The notes under the pieces were generated by a model, which saw only the letters and a list, made by a program, of their open reading frames with translations, had not been told where the DNA came from and made no database searches. A DNA stretch of 32,885 nt from an uncultured virus (IMG/VR IMGVR_UViG_3300031951_000023) (taxonomy: Duplodnaviria > Heunggongvirae > Uroviricota > Caudoviricetes). Each line of letters opens with the position of its first letter. The stretch's first letter is position 1. The DNA is taken from the IMG/VR virus record IMGVR_UViG_3300031951_000023; one strand, written 5' to 3'. The translations under genes and the position numbers were made by a program. This document shows, piece after piece, positions 18,796-28,670 of the stretch.

Positions 18796-20592
18796 ATGGC
18801 TGGAAACTGGACAGACAACGTAAAATTTATTCAAGACGGCGAACGCGTAGACGCAAATATCTCTGGGCGTCCAGACAGGTCTTTGGCAGATAGGACTGTA
18901 TATCTTAAAGATAGAATAGACGCCATAGACAACGGACAAGCTACGTTTGCGTTTGATGTGGCCGTGGACGAGACCGTTGTTGTAGGCAACGCTGTTTATT
19001 GGAATGTGGCCAACCAGAGGTTTGAGAAAGCTCTGGCTGAGGTCTACTCAACAACAAACGGCTCGTTCGAAACAACCTCCAGAACTGAAGTTGTTGGAGT
19101 TGTGTACAGCAAGGCTTCAGCTACTGTTGCCACGCTTGTTCTTTCAGGAAAAGTATCGTTAGACATATCTCCAGCGGTAGTAGGGTCTGTAACTCCAGGC
19201 AGGTATTATTTATCAGGACAGGAAGCTGGAAAAATACTAAAACAGTCTCCAGGCTTATCAATATCAGTACTGTACGCTGACGGAAATGGCGTTGTTTACG
19301 TAAGCATTCAATCTAAAAATCTTTTAGAGGCGCATGTTCATTACAAGGCTGAGCTTTACATGAAGCCAGCCGGTACGGCTACCGTACAAAACGTTAATGG
19401 AGCGGATAGGGCTGTAATCACATCTCCAGACCCTGACTTAATGGGTTGGCTGCCAGCAGACCATGAAGTTTTTAATGGCCTGGCTCCGTACGGATCGGCT
19501 TTCGGTTATAACCTAGATAAGGACACAAAGCTGGCTCCACTCTGGCCGCCTCTTCCTGAATCTAGTGCGTCGTTGACTGTTTTTATGGATTTAGAGATAG
19601 GAGCAGCGTTACAAAATTTTGGATTAGAGGTGCCTACCGGACCTAACGGTTTAGTTATTGTCGACAGGAATGGCATATGGTGGATGAGCAACTGTAACGG
19701 AGAGGCTCCGTGGCAAGAATACTACAGCTCTTCTTCTGTTCAAAGCGCTACAAGTTACCCAGAGTGTCCAAGAAACGCTGAGAGCAAGCTTGTACTTTAT
19801 TTTTCTAAAGTTAGATACGGTAACGACAGCTCTGTAGTAACAAGCATAAGGCCTTACAACGACGCCACTCCAATAAGGGTAGTAGATCAAGACGGAAACA
19901 ACGTCACCGCTGGCGACGTAATATTAAAGTTTGATAGCACTTATCAGATAGACCAGGAAAATGTATCTGGTAGCTTGGCGCTAAAAAACATAGTTAACAA
20001 TAAGTTTAAAAGGGGTTACGTCACAGAAGGGCTAATAGCCGCTGACGACTCTGTGGTCATCACCAGCACTCACTCTTTTGTAAATGGAGACTCAGACACA
20101 GTTCACCAAGGGGTAGTCAGCATACGTGCTGATGTTGAAGGCCTTGAAAGATTCATAACTCCTCAAGTAGTCAGAGTAATAGACGCTAAGGAAAGATATG
20201 AATCTGAAATAATGTACCTAGGGTTTCAAGCCGAAAAAACATCATCAGTCAGGTATAAGTTTAGAATGCCTGGCGCTAGCAACTTTCCAACCAACCCTAG
20301 GATAAAACTAAGACTGTGGCTATATGGAGACGCTTCAGGCTCTCCAAGTCTAAATGTATCTTATAGGCTACTGCCCAGGCCTGTGGCTGCCACGGCTCTT
20401 CCAACCTCTGACACTATTCACGGCAGCGTCTCTGTGACAATAACCTCAGGACAATACAAGGAAGTTGAAACTGCGGCTATTGTGGTAACAGAGTCGGCTG
20501 AAGTACTGTTTACTGTAGAGAGAAGTGCTACAGACGGGTATTTGGGAGAGATAGGAATAATTGATGCCGTAGCCGTGTTGTACTCAGCTTAA
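18796..20592 (+). CDS. Putative tail fibre/baseplate structural protein
   Basis: N-terminal RPDRSLADRTVYLKDRI resembles the LANRTxYLK fibre-attachment motif, followed by VGNAVYW...VVGVV...GRYYLS. Confidence 0.6.
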   Translation: MAGNWTDNVKFIQDGERVDANISGRPDRSLADRTVYLKDRIDAIDNGQATFAFDVAVDETVVVGNAVYWNVANQRFEKALAEVYSTTNGSFETTSRTEVVGVVYSKASATVATLVLSGKVSLDISPAVVGSVTPGRYYLSGQEAGKILKQSPGLSISVLYADGNGVVYVSIQSKNLLEAHVHYKAELYMKPAGTATVQNVNGADRAVITSPDPDLMGWLPADHEVFNGLAPYGSAFGYNLDKDTKLAPLWPPLPESSASLTVFMDLEIGAALQNFGLEVPTGPNGLVIVDRNGIWWMSNCNGEAPWQEYYSSSSVQSATSYPECPRNAESKLVLYFSKVRYGNDSSVVTSIRPYNDATPIRVVDQDGNNVTAGDVILKFDSTYQIDQENVSGSLALKNIVNNKFKRGYVTEGLIAADDSVVITSTHSFVNGDSDTVHQGVVSIRADVEGLERFITPQVVRVIDAKERYESEIMYLGFQAEKTSSVRYKFRMPGASNFPTNPRIKLRLWLYGDASGSPSLNVSYRLLPRPVAATALPTSDTIHGSVSVTITSGQYKEVETAAIVVTESAEVLFTVERSATDGYLGEIGIIDAVAVLYSA

Positions 20593-20600
20593 GGTGCCAA

Positions 20601-21569
20601 ATGCCATCACCAGCAGTATGGGGTTTAGAGTGGCTAAATGCCAATGCCCTAAGAAGTTATCCTTTAGCTGACAGCGCCACAAAGCTAGATCAGAGCTCGT
20701 CATTTCGTATCCCAGACACGATAATTTTATCTTTATACTTTCCTGTAAATGCCGGCGTAAACGTAGTTCCTGAAAATTTCTTTATTTACTCCATGTCCAT
20801 GTTCAGCACAGGGCTTACTTTGGTTTTGGGATACTTAGGAAGCAACAATTCAGTAACCGCCGTAGCCAGCACGTCTATGGCTTTTTCCGCGCATACAGAA
20901 AACAAGAGCTACGCGTTAGTAGGAATAGATAGTTATTCAGACTCTGTTGGTAAAATAGTTTTTGGAAAACTAGAAGAAATAAAAGCTCTGCCTGCTGGGC
21001 AATACTTTTTTGACTACTCTGGCGGTAAGCTAGATACAGACTGTATCCGGCCAATAATAAGAGGCGTCACTTCAATAACTTTAGTGAATGGAAACGACAG
21101 ATCAGAAAAGCTTACTGGGGCAATAGAACTTATAGCTGGAACGAATGTATCCTTAACCTATTCTCAGCAAGGAACAGATGCTCCAAAAATAAGATTTGAT
21201 GCCGTTAGCGGAGAGGGTCTTACAAAAGACTGCGTCTGTACCGATGAAGCATCTCAATCTCCTTGCATAAGAACAATAAACGGAATAGCGCCTACTCCAG
21301 AAGGAAACTTTACTCTCCAGACTGACACGAATGTAAGCCTAGACGCAAAAGTTAACGGGCTTCAAGTAAACGATCTTTACTCAAAACCTTGTTGTGGTTG
21401 TCAAGAGCTGGAGGCCGTAACAAATGACTTGCAGTCTTTGCAAAATTCTGCCCTGAGTCTAAGTAACTACATCAGCAGGCTTGATGGTAGCGTGACAGCC
21501 ATGACTACCACAGTCCTGGGGAGCAAGCTAAATGACACAGGATGCGAAAGTTCCAGCGCCCCGTTGTAA
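20601..21569 (+). CDS. Structural protein, paralog family member 1
   Basis: WLNANALRSYPL N-motif, IRTINGIAPTPEGNF, PCCGC followed by a heptad coiled coil. Confidence 0.6.
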   Translation: MPSPAVWGLEWLNANALRSYPLADSATKLDQSSSFRIPDTIILSLYFPVNAGVNVVPENFFIYSMSMFSTGLTLVLGYLGSNNSVTAVASTSMAFSAHTENKSYALVGIDSYSDSVGKIVFGKLEEIKALPAGQYFFDYSGGKLDTDCIRPIIRGVTSITLVNGNDRSEKLTGAIELIAGTNVSLTYSQQGTDAPKIRFDAVSGEGLTKDCVCTDEASQSPCIRTINGIAPTPEGNFTLQTDTNVSLDAKVNGLQVNDLYSKPCCGCQELEAVTNDLQSLQNSALSLSNYISRLDGSVTAMTTTVLGSKLNDTGCESSSAPL

Positions 21570-22038
21570 TGTATGCAATAAAGAAAAACCGCTGTCTGAG
21601 TTTGATACTTTTACATACAGGGGAGTAATCAATTACAAGAAGACATGCAAAGTATGCTTGAGCATAAAGAAAATACCAAAAAGAAGAGGAGGCATGTCAG
21701 ACAGGAGCAGGGCAATCTTAAAGAGAACGCAGCTGGAAGACTTTAAAAAAATTAGGCAAGAAAAAAGAAGGGTAGAGAGTAAGTCGTTCAGGGAAAGGAG
21801 CGCGGCAGAGAGAGCAAAAGTCATAGAGCTGTTGGGAGGAAAGTGTGCAAACAAGTCTTGCGGAATATCGTTAAGAGACGTGCTGCACATAGACCACATA
21901 GCCGGAGGAGGCTCCAAGGAAAGAAGGAATGCTAACTCTCTGCAAAGGTATAGAAAGGTGCTCAAGAATCCTGAAAACTATCAGCTGCTGTGCGCTAACT
22001 GTAATTGGCTCAAGAGGTATACAAACGAGGAGAAGTAA
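21532..22038 (+). CDS. Free-standing HNH endonuclease with N-terminal zinc ribbon (homing endonuclease-like)
   Basis: CNVC...CKVC, then GGKCANKSCG...LHIDHIAGGG...YQLLCANCNWLK. Very basic, unlike its acidic neighbours. Confidence 0.85.
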   Translation: MTQDAKVPAPRCNVCNKEKPLSEFDTFTYRGVINYKKTCKVCLSIKKIPKRRGGMSDRSRAILKRTQLEDFKKIRQEKRRVESKSFRERSAAERAKVIELLGGKCANKSCGISLRDVLHIDHIAGGGSKERRNANSLQRYRKVLKNPENYQLLCANCNWLKRYTNEEK

Positions 22039-23804
22039 TGGGCGTCGTTGCGGAAGGAGGATATGGAATAGCCGTTAACCCTTACGGGCAGCACTTTCCA
22101 TTTATTCATGAAGTCGCAGAGATGCCACGGCTTTTGGCCGATATGTACTTGTGTCATAACGTAGAAAGCGCGGTCTTACCTTTAAAAATAAAAACAGTAC
22201 TAAATATAACTCAGCCTCCTTCAGAAGAAAGAGCGGAGGTCTGGGTAGTAGACGCTAACGGCTCTACGGTATTCGTATCAGATGAGACTGAATATAGAGT
22301 AGATACTTGGTCAGACCGTTTTACAATTCACGAGTGGAAAGCAGAAGACGCAATATGCAGAATAGTGCAGCATAATGGCCAACATGACTTGGAAGACGTA
22401 ATTTCTTACCCTTCATTCATAGAGCCAGAAAACGCGATATTGGACGAAAGGGTTTCTGAGCTTTTACCAAAAACTGTAACTAGTCTGATAGTAAACGGTA
22501 ACACTATAAAAAACGCTGTTGAGTTTGTAGCAGGCTATAACTTCAAACTAGATAATACCGAAACAGTAACAACCGCAGGAAAAGCTAGGGTAAACAAAGT
22601 ATACATTGAAGCTGTGCCAGGGTACGGGCAAGGACAATACCCAGGATGCGTAGATACTTACGCTGAGTTGAAAAGAATAAACGGTGTTGGACCAGACGCT
22701 AATGGGAATTTCGTGGTTCAAGCTAAAGACTGCTTTTGGACAGCAAGAACTGGCACAACATCTGGAACAGGAGAAAACAAGAAAATACTTATAGGAAACA
22801 ACAACGGATTCAGCCTTAGAAACAACTGCCTGCCTTGTTGTTCTTGCGACGATTTCGTTAACACGTATAGAGCTCTAAAGAAAGTTCATGAGATATATAA
22901 AACAATAAGCGAGGCAGCGGCTAGAGTTCGGACTAATCATTCGTCTAATGTGGCCAGGCTTGAGCAATTTAAATTATGTAGAGACAGCTACAGCCCTTTG
23001 AGCATATCTGTAATACCGTACAGGTTCAAAGACAGCGTTTGCGCCAAAGTGGCTTTTGGTCTGTGTAACTCTTCAGAAGCTTGCAAAAGTACAGTAAAAG
23101 TAAACTTAGACTTTTCAGGGTCGACTGACTTGGTTGGAAGAATTAATCCAGACAGCCTTTTTATATATGACGGTAAAGGCAACAAACCTACTAGCTATTC
23201 CATAGGAGGAGAGTGGCCAAACCATTATGTGGAGTGGAACGCCATAAACCAACAAAGGTTGGCTCAAGTAAAATTCGATATATCTTTCTACAAGAGCCAA
23301 GACCTTACTTGGATAGGAGAAATTCCTCTACTAGACGCTCCTAACGGAAACTTTGTCACTAAAGCTTTCATAGGACTAATAGGAGGAAACTTTGGAGCTT
23401 GGATAGGTTTCATAGATCAAGCAAGATTTGCCGACAAGGGAATCGTTACCTACATACCGTCTGAAAGCACAACAGGAGCTGCTGGGGCATTAAACAGTAC
23501 TACCTTTACAGATATAGGCAGCTTCTCAATAAAACTAGTCGACGATCCTAACCCTTACTCTGTGAACATGAAGTCATTGCATGTGAAGTATGAGAACAAC
23601 ACGGACTATTACGCGACTAATTACAAAAGAAAACAAGAAATAGTTTACAGCGGTCCTCTGTACGCGGATTATAAAATACCGCACACTCCTGGGCATCCTA
23701 TAACTGATTCTGATTTTGTGACTATACAGCTGACAGCTAGAACAAACGGAACTGTGATACCTAAAGGAATAATTTCAAACACTACGTACCTCAAGGTGCC
23801 GTAA
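22038..23804 (+). CDS. Structural protein, paralog family member 2
   Basis: ATG 22038 (TAATG coupling, SD GAGGAG). Contains HFPF, LKRINGVGPDANGNF, and PCCSC plus a helical segment. Confidence 0.6.
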   Translation: MGVVAEGGYGIAVNPYGQHFPFIHEVAEMPRLLADMYLCHNVESAVLPLKIKTVLNITQPPSEERAEVWVVDANGSTVFVSDETEYRVDTWSDRFTIHEWKAEDAICRIVQHNGQHDLEDVISYPSFIEPENAILDERVSELLPKTVTSLIVNGNTIKNAVEFVAGYNFKLDNTETVTTAGKARVNKVYIEAVPGYGQGQYPGCVDTYAELKRINGVGPDANGNFVVQAKDCFWTARTGTTSGTGENKKILIGNNNGFSLRNNCLPCCSCDDFVNTYRALKKVHEIYKTISEAAARVRTNHSSNVARLEQFKLCRDSYSPLSISVIPYRFKDSVCAKVAFGLCNSSEACKSTVKVNLDFSGSTDLVGRINPDSLFIYDGKGNKPTSYSIGGEWPNHYVEWNAINQQRLAQVKFDISFYKSQDLTWIGEIPLLDAPNGNFVTKAFIGLIGGNFGAWIGFIDQARFADKGIVTYIPSESTTGAAGALNSTTFTDIGSFSIKLVDDPNPYSVNMKSLHVKYENNTDYYATNYKRKQEIVYSGPLYADYKIPHTPGHPITDSDFVTIQLTARTNGTVIPKGIISNTTYLKVP

Positions 23805-26038
23805 TGGGTTCGGTTGTAAACAACAACTGGTATAACCTTAATTCGACCAGGCAGTATCCTCTGGACGATGGAGTCACGGGCGTTGACGACAACGGCGTCA
23901 ACATGTCTGACACTATAATTACAGATATAAATCTTAGGCTGCCGAAGTCTTTAGGCTCACTGGTAATGGTCAGCGGCGTAAACGTAACTAAAACTTTAGT
24001 AACAGTTACTCTTGTGGCAGTAAAGCATCCGGCCAACTATTCAGACACAGATCAACCTGTAGCCGTAGAAACGTATTCTCCTGTTTGTGCCGTGACTGTA
24101 AAAAAACCTCTTCAGATAGGTAAGCCTTATTCTGTCAATCCTCTCAGCGAAGGAGTTGGCGGCTGGATAGTATTTGGAGAAGGCACCAACACTGAGTATA
24201 GCGGAAGGTTTAGTAGTTCTAGCCAGTCGTCTTTGAATCCAAAAACTTCTAGGTTCTATTCTAACTTTCCCGTGACTTCTTTGTCTAAAGTAAATAGCTC
24301 CATATTGTTTAAAGGTCTGATAGAGCTAAAGGAAGGAACCAATGTATCAATAACAAAACAAACAAAGTTAATAGACGGGATAGAAAGGCAAGCCATAGTC
24401 GTCGCATTGAAAGAAGACCCTAACACTAACGTATTTGATAAGTACAGAGGTAGTTGCTCTGGAAGACCTGAAAGCAACACGTGCAACAAGGAAGGTATTC
24501 AGTTCATAAACTCTGCTGTGCCAGACTGCGCAGGGAATATAAACATAATATTTGAAGAACCTTTTGAAACAGCCAAATATGTTGATGAAGATGAAAATGA
24601 AATAGGAGGAATAGCCGTAGATTACCCGCTGGGTCTTATAGATACTTGCGCGGCTACCAACAGACTTCCAGATGACGCAGGAGATTTTGGAGGAAGTAAA
24701 GACCCTCAGTGTGAACTAGTCAGACATTATTATCCACTTCTTCCCGGTAGGCCTTTTGGGCATATAGGCGAATATGGCAGAGTAAGCTATCACGGATGCG
24801 ACTGTCCTCCTGGGGCAGACTGTTGTTGTCCGGGAGGTCCAAGCTATTACGAAAAAGCTATAGCCCCCAAAAAAGAAATAAAGTTAGAAACGTATGTACA
24901 TACATACACTGATTGCGGGGATGTCCCTTTTCTACAGTTTTGTTCTAACGTGCCTTGCGATCCTAACCCTATTCCTCATGATTTTAATTTACCTGTAAGT
25001 AATTGGTTTTTTTATTTTAAAGTAAGTCTACCGTCTGGGACTCTTCTGGAAATATATAAAAAAGTTCGTATATACGTTAAGGTCTACAGAGTCTTGTTTG
25101 ACTCATTAAAAGAAAGGCTTATTTTTACTTCTAAAAAAGTTAAACTTGAATACGGAAAGAGTACAGAAATAAATCAAAAATTTGGAGGAACCGCTTTTAA
25201 ATCTAACAGCACTTTTAAAGTTGAGCTTTACGCTATAAATGACCACAGCACTTCTCTTTCTGTCAGGCTATCAACTCATAATGACTGCCCGGCTATTGCA
25301 GACATGACCAAGCCTTGCGACCCTGCTGGCCAGATGAGCATAGAGTGGGAACCTAAGCCTACGACAACTCCAACACCTGCCGCTTTGTTAGACGAAAGTG
25401 TTTCTGTAATAACTCTTGACTGTCAAGATTTACCTGTGACTTTGTATTTCAACAATGACACTGCGGATAAGTGGTACATAGACTCAGGAGAATTCAACAC
25501 AGTAAAGCCTCCAGAGATAGACTCTGGGTTCTTGTCTATGGAGACTGTCTATAGAGCTTTGAGCACAACTTATTTCAATTCAGCATTGTGGCACGACTGC
25601 GGTTACACATCTTCAAGTAATTTACTAATATCTTCAGAAATATTGATACCTGAAGAAGGCAGCAACGCCGGAATAGTCCTTAACAGTAAGTTTAATTTGG
25701 AAACAAAAAATAACGAGTTCATTTTTGTAGAACTAGACCAAGAGAACGGAAAGGTAAATATTTCAAAGATATCGGGGGAGTCTGCTTACCCAATAAGTTC
25801 GTCCTCTGAAATAAAGATAGAAAAGAACAAATGGTACAGGCTGTCTGTGTCAGTAAAGCCTGGAGAAGACAGCGAGTCTGCAAAAATAAATGTAGCTCTT
25901 GAAGATACATCCTCAGCAGAAAGGCTGATGACCGTCACTACGCAAACGTCACTTTACGGTAAAGCTGTTGGTGTTTCTGGCGTAGGGTCAGACAAGAGCC
26001 CTGCCCTGTTTTCTTATTTTCACATTGAGAAGGCATGA
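23804..26038 (+). CDS. Structural protein, paralog family member 3, with probable C-terminal ConA/lectin-like beta-sandwich
   Basis: WYNLNSTRQYPL and IQFINSAVPDCAGNI. C-terminus AGIVLN...KNKWYRLSVSV...GVSGVG...ALFSYFHIE looks like a beta-sandwich. Confidence 0.6.
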   Translation: MGSVVNNNWYNLNSTRQYPLDDGVTGVDDNGVNMSDTIITDINLRLPKSLGSLVMVSGVNVTKTLVTVTLVAVKHPANYSDTDQPVAVETYSPVCAVTVKKPLQIGKPYSVNPLSEGVGGWIVFGEGTNTEYSGRFSSSSQSSLNPKTSRFYSNFPVTSLSKVNSSILFKGLIELKEGTNVSITKQTKLIDGIERQAIVVALKEDPNTNVFDKYRGSCSGRPESNTCNKEGIQFINSAVPDCAGNINIIFEEPFETAKYVDEDENEIGGIAVDYPLGLIDTCAATNRLPDDAGDFGGSKDPQCELVRHYYPLLPGRPFGHIGEYGRVSYHGCDCPPGADCCCPGGPSYYEKAIAPKKEIKLETYVHTYTDCGDVPFLQFCSNVPCDPNPIPHDFNLPVSNWFFYFKVSLPSGTLLEIYKKVRIYVKVYRVLFDSLKERLIFTSKKVKLEYGKSTEINQKFGGTAFKSNSTFKVELYAINDHSTSLSVRLSTHNDCPAIADMTKPCDPAGQMSIEWEPKPTTTPTPAALLDESVSVITLDCQDLPVTLYFNNDTADKWYIDSGEFNTVKPPEIDSGFLSMETVYRALSTTYFNSALWHDCGYTSSSNLLISSEILIPEEGSNAGIVLNSKFNLETKNNEFIFVELDQENGKVNISKISGESAYPISSSSEIKIEKNKWYRLSVSVKPGEDSESAKINVALEDTSSAERLMTVTTQTSLYGKAVGVSGVGSDKSPALFSYFHIEKA

Positions 26039-26050
26039 CCGGAGACAGCC

Positions 26051-26821
26051 ATGTCAGTAGAAAGAGTCTTTGGTCTTGAGTATAGGGACGAGCTGGCTGA
26101 TACCAGATATCCGTTTTCTGACTCCTCAAGCCTTAAAGCAGACACCGGATACGACCTACCCAAAGATATTTTTTTGGACGCTGCCATATACCCTGCTGGG
26201 TTAGCGTCTCCTATGTATCTTAAAAAAATATCAGTTCAAATACGGGAAGTTATATTAACTATAGGAAACTCGTCAGGCACTGTTTTAATAACAGGAACAT
26301 TCGACCCTCTTGGAGATGTGGGAGAAGTTCCTCTCTACGACAAACACGGAAGGTCTGCGGGAATAATAGTTAGTGATGAACAAAGACTGTCTGTTTTTCA
26401 AAGTTGGCAAAGCGGAGATCATGACTTTGGTATAAACGCCGAGTTTGTGGCTTCTACCGTAATACCTATGCCACAAAATCACGTTAGTGGATTTTTGCTT
26501 CCAGACGGGTCGGTGGTTACAGGCGACATCTGGCTTGTTGGAGAAAATGGAGTAGCTGTCAGGCAAGACACTGACGACTCTATACGAATAGATTTGATAG
26601 GTGATCCGCTCTTTAAAAGAAAGCTGTGCTCAAGCACAGAGTTCTTCACAACTCCTAATTTTGTAAAGACAATAAATAACATACCGCCAAACAGCTACGG
26701 AGACTTCCAGCTATCTGTTAATAACGAAATAGCAGCAGACACTATTCTTAGGATTTACCCAGAAGCCGGAGGAAACTCGATAAGAATCGAACTGGCCGGT
26801 CAGCAGCTGGGAGGAAACTAA
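26051..26821 (+). CDS. Structural protein, paralog family member 4
   Basis: YRDELADTRYPF, GDIWLVGENGV and VKTINNIPPNSYGDF. Confidence 0.6.
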   Translation: MSVERVFGLEYRDELADTRYPFSDSSSLKADTGYDLPKDIFLDAAIYPAGLASPMYLKKISVQIREVILTIGNSSGTVLITGTFDPLGDVGEVPLYDKHGRSAGIIVSDEQRLSVFQSWQSGDHDFGINAEFVASTVIPMPQNHVSGFLLPDGSVVTGDIWLVGENGVAVRQDTDDSIRIDLIGDPLFKRKLCSSTEFFTTPNFVKTINNIPPNSYGDFQLSVNNEIAADTILRIYPEAGGNSIRIELAGQQLGGN

Positions 26822-27837
26822 TGAGCAGAGCAGGTTTTTATTCTGATAACGAGTTTAGGGCTTATCCTTTTGTAAAGGACTCTGGAGCTTTTGTTCTATC
26901 AAACAAAGCCATAGTGGACTTTGGCTGTACCATGCGGGCTAACTCTGGGTTTGTTCCAGGAACGCATAAAGTATGGCTGTACCAAATAACTAAAGTTTCT
27001 GACGACTATACTTTTCATTTTAAATGCGATGCTCCAGGATTAGTTGGTAAGTCTTTGGTTTTTAGGTTCAGAACTGGCGATCCTGAATACGCTACTCAAT
27101 TTTCAAACGAGATTGTTTCTGAAGAGTATCTTACGCAGTCGCAGGTGGAAGGGTACTGCAACGACGATGTGAAATGGGAAGGCTTCATGGTTATAGGAAA
27201 GCTGGCTTATGCCGATCTTTCTTTTATACCCACTACTATTTTGACTTGGAAAACCGTGTATGACGGTTTGCTGCACAAGTCTGGAGAAAATTTTATTCTT
27301 TATGCTGACGCGGCTCCTGACGGAGAATCCGTAGCTGACAATACTAAAGGTATATACGTAGAGCCTGCTTTGATTCAAAATTTGTCAGATGGCTACGTTA
27401 GAACAATAAACGTGGCTAACAGGTCTAGGACCGTGGTAACAAATGTCGCTGGATGCGACAACGTAGAGCCTGTAGACGATTTAGTGTATGTGCAGTCTGA
27501 GTGCTTGTTTGGAGACGTTAAAATAAAACCAGGATTCAACTGCACCCTCAGGTTAAACTCTAACGATAATTCCATGACAATAGGTGGAGAAGTAGGCGCA
27601 GGAGAAGGAGAGCCTTGTTCTGAGTTTAAATTTTATCCAGAAGAAGTTTCTCCAGACGGAGGCTTGTTCTACACAGGCGGACCCGCCTGCAAAGAAATAT
27701 TTCAATCAATAAACGGAGTTAGCGGTAAGGTAGTGCGGATAGTGGGCGGACAAGGAGTTGAGGTAAAACCAGGAAACGACGCGCACACGATAATCATATC
27801 AGGCGACAGTCACGGACTAGCTGGCTGCCCTGCGTAA
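26821..27837 (+). CDS. Structural protein, paralog family member 5
   Basis: FYSDNEFRAYPF, GDVKIKPGFNC and FQSINGVSG. Confidence 0.6.
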   Translation: MSRAGFYSDNEFRAYPFVKDSGAFVLSNKAIVDFGCTMRANSGFVPGTHKVWLYQITKVSDDYTFHFKCDAPGLVGKSLVFRFRTGDPEYATQFSNEIVSEEYLTQSQVEGYCNDDVKWEGFMVIGKLAYADLSFIPTTILTWKTVYDGLLHKSGENFILYADAAPDGESVADNTKGIYVEPALIQNLSDGYVRTINVANRSRTVVTNVAGCDNVEPVDDLVYVQSECLFGDVKIKPGFNCTLRLNSNDNSMTIGGEVGAGEGEPCSEFKFYPEEVSPDGGLFYTGGPACKEIFQSINGVSGKVVRIVGGQGVEVKPGNDAHTIIISGDSHGLAGCPA

Positions 27838-27857
27838 GTATCCTGAGGAAACCAGAC

Positions 27858-28670
27858 ATGCCAGCTATTTTTGACACAAGCAAATGCAGCATCTCATCCA
27901 TAGCAGCAATACCGGCTGATGCCTTTGCCTATGTTGATGACTGCGAAATACCGTTTATTCCGCCCCCTATAATGGACTGCCCTGTTTTAGACATAGACCT
28001 TCCGCAGATAGGCCCTGTAGGGCCAGCCGGAGTTGCAGGCTTGCCTGGTCTGGACGGACCCTGCCCTAGAGTCAATCTAAACGTCACAGGGTCAAAGATT
28101 GAATACTCCAAGAAAGCTACAAATCCAAGATTCATAGTAAATCTTGATAAAAGTTCTAGCTCGTCCATATGCGAATACGACAATGATTTTCAGATAAGCC
28201 TATCGCTGCCTTGTCCAGATTTTGACTTTGAAGCTTCAGCTTCTTCTCTACCAGCTGCTGAGATACCTACAGCCTCTGTTAAGAAAAGAGATAAGTATCC
28301 GTCTGAAGACAAGTGTGGCAGCGTACTTACTTTTAAATTTGGTGTGCCCAAGCCAAGTATCTGGCTATCCGGTTACGGTCCTCCGTCAAACTCAATAGGT
28401 AGAGACAACGACTTTTACCTAAACAGAGGAGAAACTTATCTAGGGTCAGGAGTTTACGGAAATGTTGGTAGAGGTGATGTTTATAAGAAAAAGAATGGAA
28501 ACTGGGGGCCTCGTGATACAAATATAAAAGGAGACGATGGTTCAGACGGAGCGGACGGCAGCGACGGCACAGAGACACCTATGGCCTGTTGCCCTCAAAC
28601 CTATTATGGTTCTATAGTTACTGGTGTTTATTGTCAGGGCAACCAACTGATTGTGCAGTACCAATCATGA
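27858..28670 (+). CDS. Collagen-repeat-containing tail fibre protein
   Basis: GPVGPAGVAGLPGLDGP and KGDDGSDGADGSDG Gly-X-Y tracts flank the common fibre unit WLSGYGPP...GRDNDFYL...GDVYKK.NGNW...NIKG. Confidence 0.7.
   Translation: MPAIFDTSKCSISSIAAIPADAFAYVDDCEIPFIPPPIMDCPVLDIDLPQIGPVGPAGVAGLPGLDGPCPRVNLNVTGSKIEYSKKATNPRFIVNLDKSSSSSICEYDNDFQISLSLPCPDFDFEASASSLPAAEIPTASVKKRDKYPSEDKCGSVLTFKFGVPKPSIWLSGYGPPSNSIGRDNDFYLNRGETYLGSGVYGNVGRGDVYKKKNGNWGPRDTNIKGDDGSDGADGSDGTETPMACCPQTYYGSIVTGVYCQGNQLIVQYQS

Noticed and set aside
21532..22038. Group I intron hosting the HNH
   Set aside because: Both flanking genes appear complete, and there is no non-coding sequence to form a ribozyme core.
11773..28666. 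Longer starts from the ORF track (11773, 18185, 22005, 28589)
   Set aside because: They create long overlaps from TTG/GTG codons. Downstream ATGs (11809, 18221, 22038, 28667) have SD motifs or stop/start coupling.
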